This document shows positions 38,117 to 48,062 of a stretch of 64,000 bases of DNA, piece by piece. The notes under the pieces were generated by a model. That model was not told where the DNA came from. It ran no database searches and was given only the letters and a program-made list of their open reading frames with translations. Origin of the DNA: Alistipes sp. (GTDB lineage: Bacteria > Bacteroidota > Bacteroidia > Bacteroidales > Rikenellaceae); contig JAGBCY010000003.1 of the NCBI GenBank assembly GCA_017937765.1, forward strand, positions 40,550-104,549. Reading direction: 5' to 3'. The position numbers and the translations under genes are program-made. The first letter of the stretch is position 1, and every line of letters starts with the position of its first letter.

Positions 38117-39670
38117 TTATTCGAACTGGTCGGGAGTTACGCGTACCATATACTGCGTAACGGCACCCTGAGAGTTTGCAGCCTCGAACATAAATACGCC
38201 ATCGAATGCACGGTCGATATCGTACTCAACGGTTGCACCCTCCGAAGTCTTAGCTGCGGCAAGAACCTCGTCGTTTGCAGTTGTGAAGTAGATGAATGCG
38301 CGGATGCTGTTGCAATCCTCGGGATCGTAGTAGGTAGCTACGAGATCGCTCCACTGCGTTGCACCATACTTCAACGATACGGCGTTGCTGTCTACGGCCA
38401 TATTAAACGAGATTGTGTAGCCAAAGGCGTTCTTCTCGATAACGGGACCAACAACGTCCATCTGAACTCTCATACTATCGTCGGGCTTGGCGGTCTTGAA
38501 GTTTACGGCTACGAAGTTATAGTCGTAGACAACGGTGGGATCCTCCACTGCGGGATCCATATAGAACATAGCCACAACGTACTCCTTCTCGGGCTTCAAA
38601 GGCTCGTAGTTGATGATCTTAGTGGTGCCGTACTGACCCATATAGTCGTTGATGAAGTCGTTGAACGTTAGGCTTGTGCCGTTGAGAATGTTGTACTCGC
38701 CACGGAGGTTGTAGAGACCGAAGTAAGCACGCATTACCACCTGATGACGGCTCTCCGAGAGGTACTCCTCGTAGTTCTTCTTCTCGAAGATGTAGTATGT
38801 CCAGAGCTTATCGTCGCCCTTAACAGGTGTTACGTCGAGCTCGAAGCCTGTGTGGCCGATAGTGAGGTTCGAGTAGGTGAAGAGCGTCGTGGGATCTACC
38901 TCAGGAGCATCCTCGGTTGTGAACTCGTAGCGGAAGAGGTCGATCTCGATAGCACCGCTAATAACGTCGGCGTAAGTATCTGTGTTGAAGGCGATGGCGA
39001 TATACTCGAACTTGGGCGCGAGGTTATCGTACTCGAGCGTTGTCTCACCCTTGAACACGAAGTCGTTGCTGTTGGGGTTCTCGATAATGTACTTCATAAT
39101 CTCCAAGTCGTTGTTCAGGATACCGAACTCGCGGAGCTCGAGCTGAGTGAGCACGCGGAAGAAATAGTTAACCTCGGGATCGTTGGGACGAGCCACGGCA
39201 GTAGCCGAGTTTGAGGTAATGTTGTTGATGGCGATGTCTACATAGAAGCCGTCGCCAGCTGCACCAGCCTCAGCCGTGCGAGCAGCAACCTTCGCTACCT
39301 TGTCGGTTGCGCCATAAGCAAAGGCGATTACCATATAGTCGGTCTCGGGTGTGAGGCCCTGAGCACCAATGAGCTGCGTGCCCTTACGCATCGAGAGGCT
39401 CTGGAGGTACTCGGTGATGATTGTGGCATCATCCTTCGTTGCTATCTCGCTTGCGGGAACGATACCGGCGAAGTAGTTGATCTGGTCGTCAGAGGGCATA
39501 ACCAAGATCTCGATCGAGGTTGAGGTTGCCTCGGGCTGGCCGAAGGCAAAAGTTACCTCATTGTTGCCGCCATTGTTGTTACCACCACCCTGCTCGTTAT
39601 TGGGGTCGTCGCAACCGATTGCCAGAATAGCAACAAGTGCTAAGCTGAAGATTGAAAGTAGTTTTCTCAT
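38117..39670 (-). CDS. Lipoprotein with tandem FN3-like beta-sandwich modules
   Basis: Lipobox LAIGC; GN-rich linker; GLTPETDYMVIAF / NLAPKFEYIAIAF / PLKPEKEYVVAMF repeats. Confidence 0.7.
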   Translation of the reverse strand: MRKLLSIFSLALVAILAIGCDDPNNEQGGGNNNGGNNEVTFAFGQPEATSTSIEILVMPSDDQINYFAGIVPASEIATKDDATIITEYLQSLSMRKGTQLIGAQGLTPETDYMVIAFAYGATDKVAKVAARTAEAGAAGDGFYVDIAINNITSNSATAVARPNDPEVNYFFRVLTQLELREFGILNNDLEIMKYIIENPNSNDFVFKGETTLEYDNLAPKFEYIAIAFNTDTYADVISGAIEIDLFRYEFTTEDAPEVDPTTLFTYSNLTIGHTGFELDVTPVKGDDKLWTYYIFEKKNYEEYLSESRHQVVMRAYFGLYNLRGEYNILNGTSLTFNDFINDYMGQYGTTKIINYEPLKPEKEYVVAMFYMDPAVEDPTVVYDYNFVAVNFKTAKPDDSMRVQMDVVGPVIEKNAFGYTISFNMAVDSNAVSLKYGATQWSDLVATYYDPEDCNSIRAFIYFTTANDEVLAAAKTSEGATVEYDIDRAFDGVFMFEAANSQGAVTQYMVRVTPDQFE

Positions 39671-39944
39671 ATACTTAAATTAAAATAAAAATAAATAAAT
39701 TATTAATGTTTCTTCTATCCCATTTTAGGCCTTGGTTATACTTAACCAAAGACTCGCACGCAAATATAGCAAAACATTTTCTTGTGCAAGAATTCTAATA
39801 TATATTTTTTCATTTTACTCCTTTTTTTTATTTAGCTCTTGCAGAATCGCGACATTTTGCTTACTTTTGTGTACCCAATTAACAATAATAGAGAATTAGT
39901 TTGCGTTAGCCGTGAAAAAGGATACTAATCAAGAAAAAAAGACG

Positions 39945-40409
39945 ATGAACCTAAAGACCCAGCGCCTTTCGATCATTCGTAAGATTATACGTTCGGAGTA
40001 TATTTCATCTCAGGAGGAGCTCATCGCTCGCCTCGAGGAGTGTGGTGTCGTGGTCACACAGTCAACCTTGTCGCGCGACCTGAAGTTTATGCACGTGGCT
40101 AAGGTACCCCACAAGGAGAGAGGATATATCTACGTGCTGCCGAATAGCTCGCGCAGCGATCTGGTTGTCTCGACAAACCTTACGGACAACATCGTGGATA
40201 TTGCCTTCTCGGGTAATCTGTGTGTCATAACCACAAAGCCCGGTTATGCCAGTGCCATTTCGGTGCCTATCGACAGCCGTGGTATTGCCGACGTCATTGG
40301 CACCATTGCTGGCGATAATGCCATCCTCTTGGTGCTCCGCGAGGGCTTCGATATGGAGGACCTGATGGAGCAGCTCTGCTCGCTCTTCCCATCGCTCCGC
40401 GTTCTATAA
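39945..40409 (+). CDS. argR: Arginine repressor
   Basis: ISSQEEL, VTQSTLSRDL, TKPGYA, GTIAGDN. Confidence 0.93.
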   Translation: MNLKTQRLSIIRKIIRSEYISSQEELIARLEECGVVVTQSTLSRDLKFMHVAKVPHKERGYIYVLPNSSRSDLVVSTNLTDNIVDIAFSGNLCVITTKPGYASAISVPIDSRGIADVIGTIAGDNAILLVLREGFDMEDLMEQLCSLFPSLRVL

Positions 40410-40508
40410 TCGGCGCATAGTATAGCGACTCTGCCTAAGGCTATCAACCTCACTCCCCACCCATACCCAGCCTTAGAGCCTACGTCCCAAAGGTTATATA
40501 TCAAACAT

Positions 40509-40537
40509 AAGGCTGCCCACATCGTGTGGGCAGCCTT
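40509..40537. terminator. Hairpin between convergent argR and repressor genes
   Basis: AAGGCTGCCCACA-TCG-TGTGGGCAGCCTT, perfect 13-bp stem. Confidence 0.7.
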
Positions 40538-40666
40538 GAGTCGTTGTGTCTATTGATGTGGTGTCGCGCTCTCCGTCGATAGGTAATTTATCGTACCAAC
40601 GTATCTGGCTTTTATCCCTCGTGGTGAACGCTATGCTGTGTGTTTGACGTGCTATCCGATAGAGAC

Positions 40667-41347
40667 TTATCCAATCGTGTGCATTCGTATCGACGCCTTG
40701 ATAAGGGCTATGGCGCGTATGCGGTCGATCTCCACCTCCTTGTCGGCGTGGTGCTGGTTCTGGCTCACGAGCTTGATGAATCCCTCGTGCTCCGACTTCT
40801 GAACATACTTTACCGTGATGTACTCCTCGCCGTCGATGTCTATCGAGAGTAGGTACATATCGCCCCAGAATACATCTCTCACGTCGTTTAGCTGCTTATA
40901 TAATATAATGTCTCCGCTCTTAAGCAACGGGTACATCGAATCGCCCACAACATATATCGCGCCATCGCACTTCGGCAGGTTGGGGATATGGATGAAGTTT
41001 ACGGGCTTGGCCGTCGACTCCTCGGCAAAGAGGGGAACGAGACCCGCCGTGCCCTCAATCGAGTAGAGGGGGACGCTCTGCAACGGTAGCGACTTGTCGG
41101 TCTTGAGCGTGTAAGGTGTGTAGCTTGGCTCGGCATTAAACATACGACCCTTGCCCGTCTCGATCCAATCGGGGTTGACGTTAAAATCCTGAACTAAGAT
41201 ATTTCTGTTGCGTGTCGATAGTCCGGCCTTACCTGTCTCAATCATCGAGAGTGCTGCTTTGCCTACGCCAAGTCGCTGAGCTAATTGCTCTTGTGTTAGA
41301 TTTAACTGCTTTCGTATAAGCCTTACTCGTTCACCAATCGTCTCCAT
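40667..41347 (-). CDS. XRE-family HTH repressor with S24 autopeptidase domain (CI/LexA-like)
   Basis: IGERVRLIRKQLNLTQEQLAQRLGV...IETGK HTH; VNPDWIETGKG; Ala-Gly site (GTAGL); VGDSMYP (Ser) and ITVKY (Lys). Confidence 0.9.
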   Translation of the reverse strand: METIGERVRLIRKQLNLTQEQLAQRLGVGKAALSMIETGKAGLSTRNRNILVQDFNVNPDWIETGKGRMFNAEPSYTPYTLKTDKSLPLQSVPLYSIEGTAGLVPLFAEESTAKPVNFIHIPNLPKCDGAIYVVGDSMYPLLKSGDIILYKQLNDVRDVFWGDMYLLSIDIDGEEYITVKYVQKSEHEGFIKLVSQNQHHADKEVEIDRIRAIALIKASIRMHTIG

Positions 41348-41364
41348 ATAAAATTTATTGATAT

Positions 41365-41451
41365 TAAATATTTGTACAAAACTATTGACAAAGTAAATAT
41401 TTGAATATATATTTGCACTACAAAGTTAAGCAATTTATTTTGAATTGCAAA
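41365..41451. promoter_or_regulatory. Overlapping face-to-face promoters with candidate operators
   Basis: Plus strand -7 box TATATTTG 41408-41415; minus strand TTTG(41448-41451)-N19-TAACTTTG(41421-41428); TAAATATTTG at 41365 and 41394. Confidence 0.6.
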
Positions 41452-41494
41452 TTTTTACCGTAAAATTTAATTAATAAACCCTAAAGAGAGAGTT

Positions 41495-41794
41495 ATGTAC
41501 GAGATTACACCTTCAGTTTATCTTGAGTTGGCGCACCTGCTTTCGCAGCAGGTTGCCGACAAGGAGTTCTTCTCCGGTGTTGTTAGTTGCGATGATGGCG
41601 ATGTACAGTGTCGACTTGTGTGCACTATTGTTATTGCGCGCGAGAAGTGGCCGCAAGATGGCCGCGCGTGGCGTACCATAGAGAGGATTTTGCCCGTCTG
41701 GTGGGAGCTGCAGACGATAGCGGGCGGAGAGCTTATTGCCAACGATTTTAGCTTCAAGACGCTGTGCCGTGCGGTACTCGATGGCGAGTGTTAG
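41495..41794 (+). CDS. Hypothetical protein (99 aa) upstream of the terminase
   Basis: ATG after an A-rich leader; ILPVWWEL...NDFSF; no family recognised. Confidence 0.75.
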   Translation: MYEITPSVYLELAHLLSQQVADKEFFSGVVSCDDGDVQCRLVCTIVIAREKWPQDGRAWRTIERILPVWWELQTIAGGELIANDFSFKTLCRAVLDGEC

Positions 41795-41886
41795 CCGCGC
41801 TTTGGCGAGTTTTAATCTTGCCCACTTGAACCGACAACTACCAGTAGAACAATGATGTAGAGTAAAACAATGTTATAGATAAAAGT

Positions 41887-43326
41887 ATGGAAAATGAGAA
41901 TTTGGAGAGCGTGAAGTCCGTGCCATCGTTCGTGGATTTTGCTTTGGAGGTGTATCCCTTCTTGGAGCTCACCTCGTTTCATCGAACCTATTACACTATC
42001 CTCGAGGCCTTTGCTCGTGGACGTATCAAGAGGCTTATTGTCTCGGTGCCGCCGCAGCACGGTAAGAGTGTGGGAGCCACCACGTTGTTGCCGGCATATA
42101 TGCTTGGCCTTGATCCCGATATGCGTATCGCCATCGCCTCGTACTCGGGGACGTTGGCTTCGAAGTTCAATCGCCGCGTGCAACGTATCCTCGAGTCGAG
42201 GGAGTACGCCGCTATTTTCCCCGAGACGACCATAAAGCAGGGCACGCGCCCCGCGGGGTATATCCGCACGTCGGACGAGGTCGAGATCGTGGGGTATAAG
42301 GGCGAGCTTATCAGCGTCGGTCGCGAGGGCTCGCTTACGGGAAACCGCGTCGACTGCTTCATCCTCGACGACCTGTATAAGGATGCTATGGAGGCGCAGT
42401 CGCCCGTCATAAGGGATAACTGTTGGGAGTGGTACACCTCGGTGGTGCGCACGCGTATGCACAACCACTCGCGCGAGCTTATCGTCTTTACGCGCTGGCA
42501 CGAGGATGACCTTATCGGTGTGCTCGGGCGTACGGAGCCCTTCCGTGAGCTGCGCTCGCTCAGCGATATCGACGAGGCGGGAGCCGACGAGTGGCTCATT
42601 CTAAATTTCGAGGCGTTGAAGGCGTCGCCCGCCACGCAGGTCGACCCGCGCGGCGAGGGCGAGGCCCTATGGCCCGAGCAACATAGCCGCGAGTTGCTGC
42701 TGTCGAAACGTCGCCTCGACCCCGTGCGCTTTGAGGCTATGTATCAGGGACACCCCTCGTCGAAGGAGGGCTTGCTCTATGGCGATGGCTTCCGTCAGTA
42801 TTCGCTGTTGCCGCGCGATATTGTGGCGCGATCGAACTATACCGATACAGCCGATATGGGCGACGACTACCTCTGTTCGATCGACTATGTTGTTGATACG
42901 GATGGTGTTATCTATGTCACGGATGTCGTCTACTCGCGCGAGCCGATGGAGCATACCGAGCGGCTCGTGGCCTCGATGCTTAGGCGCGAGGATGTGCGTC
43001 AAGCCTACATCGAGAGTAATAACGGCGGCAGGGGCTTTGCTCGAGCGGTGCAGCGTCTGGTGCCCACGACACGCGTCGAGTGGTTCCATCAGGGTGCGAA
43101 CAAGGAGGCGCGCATATTGTCGAACTCCGCCACGGTGCTTCACACGGTGCGTATGCCCGAGGATTGGTGTGTGCGCTGGCCCGAGTTCTACGCCCACCTG
43201 ACGACCTATAAGCGGCTCTTTAGGGCTAACCGTCACGACGATGCGGCCGATGCGCTCACGGGTATTGTCGAGCGCGAGGTTACGCAGTCGTCGAGTGGTC
43301 GTTGGCAGCGTGCGCGATTTATTTAG
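41887..43326 (+). CDS. terL: Phage terminase large subunit (orphan)
   Basis: Walker A RLIVSVPPQHGKS, GSLTG, Walker B FILDD, coupling motif TRWHEDD, YQGHP; RNase H-like nuclease residues YTDTAD, IESNNGG, HDDAADALTG. Confidence 0.92.
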   Translation: MENENLESVKSVPSFVDFALEVYPFLELTSFHRTYYTILEAFARGRIKRLIVSVPPQHGKSVGATTLLPAYMLGLDPDMRIAIASYSGTLASKFNRRVQRILESREYAAIFPETTIKQGTRPAGYIRTSDEVEIVGYKGELISVGREGSLTGNRVDCFILDDLYKDAMEAQSPVIRDNCWEWYTSVVRTRMHNHSRELIVFTRWHEDDLIGVLGRTEPFRELRSLSDIDEAGADEWLILNFEALKASPATQVDPRGEGEALWPEQHSRELLLSKRRLDPVRFEAMYQGHPSSKEGLLYGDGFRQYSLLPRDIVARSNYTDTADMGDDYLCSIDYVVDTDGVIYVTDVVYSREPMEHTERLVASMLRREDVRQAYIESNNGGRGFARAVQRLVPTTRVEWFHQGANKEARILSNSATVLHTVRMPEDWCVRWPEFYAHLTTYKRLFRANRHDDAADALTGIVEREVTQSSSGRWQRARFI

Positions 43327-43503
43327 TGGTAATATGTTTAAAAAATGAATATGAGAGTGAGAAAATTTTGGTTTTCTCACTTTTTATTGTAAATTTGCAT
43401 TACATACGCGCAGTGTCTGCGTGCGTGTGCGAGACAATGGGTTGCCGCAAAGGGTTATTGCGGTGGTTAAAATTTTGTTAAACAGCTATTTACTTTATTG
43501 CGA

Positions 43504-44895
43504 ATGATGGAGTCAAATCATATCATCGAGCTGCGTAACATCACCAAGAGTTTCCCCGATAAGGTTGTCTTGGACGATGTTAGCTTGTCGGTAAAGAAGG
43601 GCGAGTTTCTCACGATTCTGGGCCCGTCGGGTTGTGGTAAGACCACGTTGTTGCGTCTATTGGCCGGTTTTAACTCGGCGACGGAGGGTGAGATTCTCAT
43701 TGGTGGCGAGGTGATGACGGGTGTCCCTCCTCACCTGCGCCCTGTAAATACGGTGTTTCAGCGTTACGCACTCTTCCCAAATTATAATGTCTACGATAAT
43801 ATCGCCTTTGGCCTTAAACTTCAGAAGGTCGATAAGCGCGAGATAGAGCAGCGTGTGAAGCGTGCCCTTAAGATGGTGGGTATGACAGACTACGAGCACC
43901 GCGACGTGCAGTCGCTCTCGGGAGGTCAGCAGCAGCGCGTGGCTATTGCGCGTGCTATTGTCAACCGCCCGCAGGTGTTGCTCCTCGACGAGCCGCTGGC
44001 TGCGCTCGATCTTAAGATGCGCAAAGATATGCAGATGGAGCTCAAGGAGATGCACCGCACGTTGGGCATCACCTTCGTCTACGTTACGCACGATCAGGAG
44101 GAGGCCCTCACGCTCTCGGATACGATCGTGGTGATGAACGAGGGTAAGATCCAGCAGATTGGCTCGCCGACGGATATCTACAACGAGCCGTGCAACGCCT
44201 TTGTTGCCGACTTCATCGGTGAGAGTAACATATTGAATGCCACGATGGTACGCGACCGCTTGGTGCGCTTTATGGATAAGGAGTTCGAGTGTATCGACGA
44301 GGGCTTCGGCGAGAATGTGCCGGTGGATGTGGTCATCCGCCCCGAGGATGTGTATATCATCCGCAATGCCGAGGCGGCGATGTTCCACGGCGTGGTGCGT
44401 TCGTGCATCTTCAAGGGTGTACACTACGAGATGTTTGTCGATACGCCCGATGGCTATGAGATTCAGATTCAGGACTATAACTGCTTCGAGCCGGGCCAGG
44501 AGGTGGGTATGCTCATCAAGCCTGCCGACATCCACGTTATGGCTAAGGAGCGTACCGAGAACCACGTCGAGGGTACGATGGTGGATGCTACGCACGTCGA
44601 GATCCTCGGCGAGCAGTTTGAGTGTCAGGAGGTTGCGGATATTGAGAGCGGTGCTGCGGTGGATGTAGCCTTCGACTTCTCGGCCGTAGAGCTCACGGAT
44701 GATCCCGACGATGGTGTGTCGTGGGGAACGATCCGCTTCATCCTGTATAAGGGCGACCGCTACCACCTCACGGTACGTACCGACGAGGGTGAGAGTATAT
44801 ATGTCGATACGCACGACGTGTGGGAGGACCTCGATGAGGTGGGCATTAAGATTGCTCCCTCGGCCCTCAGAGTTGTACGACGTGCCGAAAAGTAG
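43504..44895 (+). CDS. potA: Spermidine/putrescine ABC transporter ATP-binding protein
   Basis: [43 protein letters not shown]; duplicated TOBE-like tail; TAAATTTG promoter at 43390-43397. Confidence 0.93.
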   Translation: MMESNHIIELRNITKSFPDKVVLDDVSLSVKKGEFLTILGPSGCGKTTLLRLLAGFNSATEGEILIGGEVMTGVPPHLRPVNTVFQRYALFPNYNVYDNIAFGLKLQKVDKREIEQRVKRALKMVGMTDYEHRDVQSLSGGQQQRVAIARAIVNRPQVLLLDEPLAALDLKMRKDMQMELKEMHRTLGITFVYVTHDQEEALTLSDTIVVMNEGKIQQIGSPTDIYNEPCNAFVADFIGESNILNATMVRDRLVRFMDKEFECIDEGFGENVPVDVVIRPEDVYIIRNAEAAMFHGVVRSCIFKGVHYEMFVDTPDGYEIQIQDYNCFEPGQEVGMLIKPADIHVMAKERTENHVEGTMVDATHVEILGEQFECQEVADIESGAAVDVAFDFSAVELTDDPDDGVSWGTIRFILYKGDRYHLTVRTDEGESIYVDTHDVWEDLDEVGIKIAPSALRVVRRAEK

Positions 44896-44960
44896 TAGGC
44901 CAGTGTAGGTTATAACCTTGAGGTGTAGTTGCTACGCCCCATTACCACCCAGAAACTAAA

Positions 44961-45755
44961 ATGAGAAACTTGGTAAAATTCTTCTCACGACGACGTAGTT
45001 GGAGCCTGCCATACGTGCTCTTTATGGCGGTCTTTATCGTCGTGCCGTTGGTGTTGATTATGCTCTACGCCTTCCAGTCGAAGGATGGCGGCTTCTCGTT
45101 GGAGAACTTCGAGCGTTTCGTCAACCAGCCCGAGGCGGCCAATACGTTTATCTATTCTATCGGCATTGCGCTGATTACCACGATTATATGCCTTGTGTTG
45201 GGCTATCCCGCGGCCTATATCCTTTCGCGCCTTAAGCCCTCGACCGCGACGCTTGTCGTGATGCTATTTATATTGCCGATGTGGATTAACGTGCTGGTGC
45301 GTACGCTTGCCACTGTCGCGCTGTTCGACTTCCTTAGTCTGCCGCTTGGCGAGGGCGCGCTCATCTTTGGTATGGTCTATAACTTCCTGCCGTTTATGAT
45401 CTACCCGATCTACAACGTGTTGCAGAAGATGGATCACTCGCTTATCGAGGCGGCGGAGGACCTCGGTGCCACGCCGCGTCAGGTGTTCACGCGCGTGGTG
45501 TTCCCGCTCTCGATGCCGGGTATCGTTAGCGGTATTATGATGGTCTTTATGCCTACGATTTCGACCTTCGCCATCGCCGAGCTCCTCACGATGAACAACA
45601 TCAAGCTGTTCGGTACTACCATCCAGGAGAATATCAACAACGGTATGTGGCACTATGGTGCGGCTCTGTCGCTCATAATGCTCATAATCATCGGTATAAC
45701 ATCGCTCTTCACCGACTCGTCGGAGGAGGGTGCTAACGAGGGAGGTTTGCTTTAG
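44961..45755 (+). CDS. potB: Spermidine/putrescine ABC transporter permease
   Basis: LGYPAAY, LPMWINVLVR, LIEAAEDLGA. Confidence 0.9.
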   Translation: MRNLVKFFSRRRSWSLPYVLFMAVFIVVPLVLIMLYAFQSKDGGFSLENFERFVNQPEAANTFIYSIGIALITTIICLVLGYPAAYILSRLKPSTATLVVMLFILPMWINVLVRTLATVALFDFLSLPLGEGALIFGMVYNFLPFMIYPIYNVLQKMDHSLIEAAEDLGATPRQVFTRVVFPLSMPGIVSGIMMVFMPTISTFAIAELLTMNNIKLFGTTIQENINNGMWHYGAALSLIMLIIIGITSLFTDSSEEGANEGGLL

Positions 45756-45756
45756 T

Positions 45757-46593
45757 ATGAAACGCACGCTATCGAACATATATCTGGTCGTACTGCTTGT
45801 TATGCTCTACGCACCGATTGTCATCATCGCCATCTTCTCCTTCACCGAGTCTAAGGTGTTGGGCAACTGGACGGGCTTCTCGACGGAGCTCTACGAGTCG
45901 CTCTTCTCGGGTGGCGTGAATAACTCGTTGATCGACGCCATCAAGAATACGTTTATCATCGCCTTCGTCGCAGCCTCTGTCTCGACGCTCTTGGGTACGG
46001 TGGCAGCTATCGGCATCAACGACCTCAGATACCGTAAGCGTAAGGTGGTTAACTTCGTGAATAACATCCCGATCCTTAATCCCGATATCATTACGGGTAT
46101 CTCGCTGTTTTTGCTCTTCATCACGTTGGGCGTCACGCAGGGCTACGCTACGGTTATCCTCGCGCATATCACGTTCTGTACGCCATATGTCGTGCTGAGC
46201 GTTATGCCACGCCTCACGCAGATGAACCCCAATATCTACGAGGCGGCCCTTGATCTGGGAGCTACGCCTATGCAGGCTATGCGCCGAGTGATCATCCCGG
46301 AGATTCGCCCTGGTATGATCTCGGGCTTTATCCTTGCCTTTACGCTCTCGATCGACGACTTCGCCGTTACGATCTTTACCAACGGTACTGATGGCCTCGA
46401 GACCCTCTCGACCTATATCTATGCCGATGCCCGCAAGGGTGGTCTCACGCCCGAGTTGAGAGCTCTGTCGACCATAATCTTGGTTGTGGTCTTGGTACTG
46501 CTTATCGTCGTGAACTATCGCTCACACCGCCAGGCCAAGCGTGCCGAGGAGATGCAGCAGCAGTTGTCGAATAAAAAACTATCGCGCCGATGA
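45757..46593 (+). CDS. potC: Spermidine/putrescine ABC transporter permease
   Basis: LYAPI, WTGFS, PDIITG, EAALDLGA, FTLSIDDF. Confidence 0.9.
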   Translation: MKRTLSNIYLVVLLVMLYAPIVIIAIFSFTESKVLGNWTGFSTELYESLFSGGVNNSLIDAIKNTFIIAFVAASVSTLLGTVAAIGINDLRYRKRKVVNFVNNIPILNPDIITGISLFLLFITLGVTQGYATVILAHITFCTPYVVLSVMPRLTQMNPNIYEAALDLGATPMQAMRRVIIPEIRPGMISGFILAFTLSIDDFAVTIFTNGTDGLETLSTYIYADARKGGLTPELRALSTIILVVVLVLLIVVNYRSHRQAKRAEEMQQQLSNKKLSRR

Positions 46594-48026
46594 AAAAGAT
46601 GATACTTAGCCTTTTAGCCCTTGTGGCTGTGTGCTTCTCGCTCGTTATGTCGTCGTGCTCGGGCGATGAGGAACGTATGCAAATCTTGAAGGTCTATAAC
46701 TGGGGCGACTATATCGACGAGGAGCTGCTCACGGAGTTTGAGGAGTGGTATAAGGAGCAGACGGGTGAGCGCGTCGAGGTCATCTATCAGACCTTCGACA
46801 TCAATGAGGTTATGCTTGCCAAGATCGAGAATGGCGAGGCCGATTTCGATGTGGTGTGCCCCTCGGAGTATATCATCGAGCGTATGATGCGTAACGAGTT
46901 GCTGTTGCCGATCCTTACGCCCGAGTTCGAGGCCGAGATCAACGCCCGTGGTATCAACTATTTCGACTGTGTGTCGCCCTATATCCGCGAGCAGTTCTCG
47001 CTCTTGGAGGCCCCCGAGGGTGAGGATCCCAACGACTACTCGGTGGGTTATATGTGGGGTACGACGGGTATCCTCTTTAACGAGCGATACGTAACGGCCG
47101 AGGAGGCCTCGACGTGGGACCTTATGTTCGACCGCCGACTCAAGGATAAGATATTTGTTAAGGATGCCTTCCGCGATGTTTACTCGCCGATGCTTATCTA
47201 TGCTAAGACGCTCGAGGCACGAGCTGCGGGCGAGTTAGCAGAGGATGAGTATCTCGATTTGGCTACCATACGCGAGCTTATGTACGACTCATCGGATGAG
47301 TCTATTGCTCTGGTTGAAAGCTACTTGAAGCGTATGAAACAGCTCGTTGCAGGTTGGGAGGCCGACTTCGGTAAGGAGATGATGACGCAGGAGAAGGCGT
47401 GGATCAACCTTATGTGGAGCGGCGATGCAGTGTGGGCCATTGACGAGGCTACAAGCGTTGGCGTCGATCTGGGCTATGTGGTGCCGAGGGAGGGTAGCGT
47501 TGTGTGGTTCGACGGCTGGGTAATACCGAAGTATGCCCGTAACCTCAGAGCAGCGCGCTACTTCATCGACTATATGTGTATGCCCGAGAATGCCATCCGT
47601 AATATGGACGCCACGGGATATGTCAGCGTCATCGCCACGGAGGAGGTCTTTGCCGAGCTTGAGAACCTGAGCTGCGGCGAGATGGTTGTCTCGGACCTTA
47701 GCTACCTCTTCGTCGATCGCGATGGCCAGCCTATCGAGGGCTCGGATAGCGTCCTTGTCGACCCGGTGTTGTACCCCGATCGCTCGGTTATCGACCGTTG
47801 TGGCGTTATGCACGACTCGGGCCCGAGGACAGATAAGATGCTTGAGATGTGGTCGAGAGTCAAGGGCGACAATCTATCGGAGGGTATGCTCGTGGGTATC
47901 ATTCTCTTCTTCTCGTTGCTCTTTATCTGGGGCGTGTGGCGTAAGATTGACGCCTATCGTAAGCGTCAGAAGCTACTGAAGCGTCGCCGCCATACGAAGA
48001 ACAAGCCGCAGCAACAGACACGCTAA
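46590..48026 (+). CDS. potD: Spermidine/putrescine ABC transporter substrate-binding protein
   Basis: LKVYNWGDYID, DVVCPSEY, YMWGTTGI, WSGDA, VPREGSVVWFD; extra C-terminal TM helix. Confidence 0.9.
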   Translation: MKKMILSLLALVAVCFSLVMSSCSGDEERMQILKVYNWGDYIDEELLTEFEEWYKEQTGERVEVIYQTFDINEVMLAKIENGEADFDVVCPSEYIIERMMRNELLLPILTPEFEAEINARGINYFDCVSPYIREQFSLLEAPEGEDPNDYSVGYMWGTTGILFNERYVTAEEASTWDLMFDRRLKDKIFVKDAFRDVYSPMLIYAKTLEARAAGELAEDEYLDLATIRELMYDSSDESIALVESYLKRMKQLVAGWEADFGKEMMTQEKAWINLMWSGDAVWAIDEATSVGVDLGYVVPREGSVVWFDGWVIPKYARNLRAARYFIDYMCMPENAIRNMDATGYVSVIATEEVFAELENLSCGEMVVSDLSYLFVDRDGQPIEGSDSVLVDPVLYPDRSVIDRCGVMHDSGPRTDKMLEMWSRVKGDNLSEGMLVGIILFFSLLFIWGVWRKIDAYRKRQKLLKRRRHTKNKPQQQTR

Positions 48027-48062
48027 ACATTTTTCTATAACTACTAATACCATTAACCTAAA

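Noticed and set aside
40410-43500. Intact prophage
   Set aside because: Only a repressor, one small ORF and terL are present; no integrase, structural or lysis genes, or att repeats; the flanks are housekeeping genes
43400-43503. Riboswitch in the potA leader
   Set aside because: Small hairpins are possible, but no known aptamer consensus or terminator is recognisable
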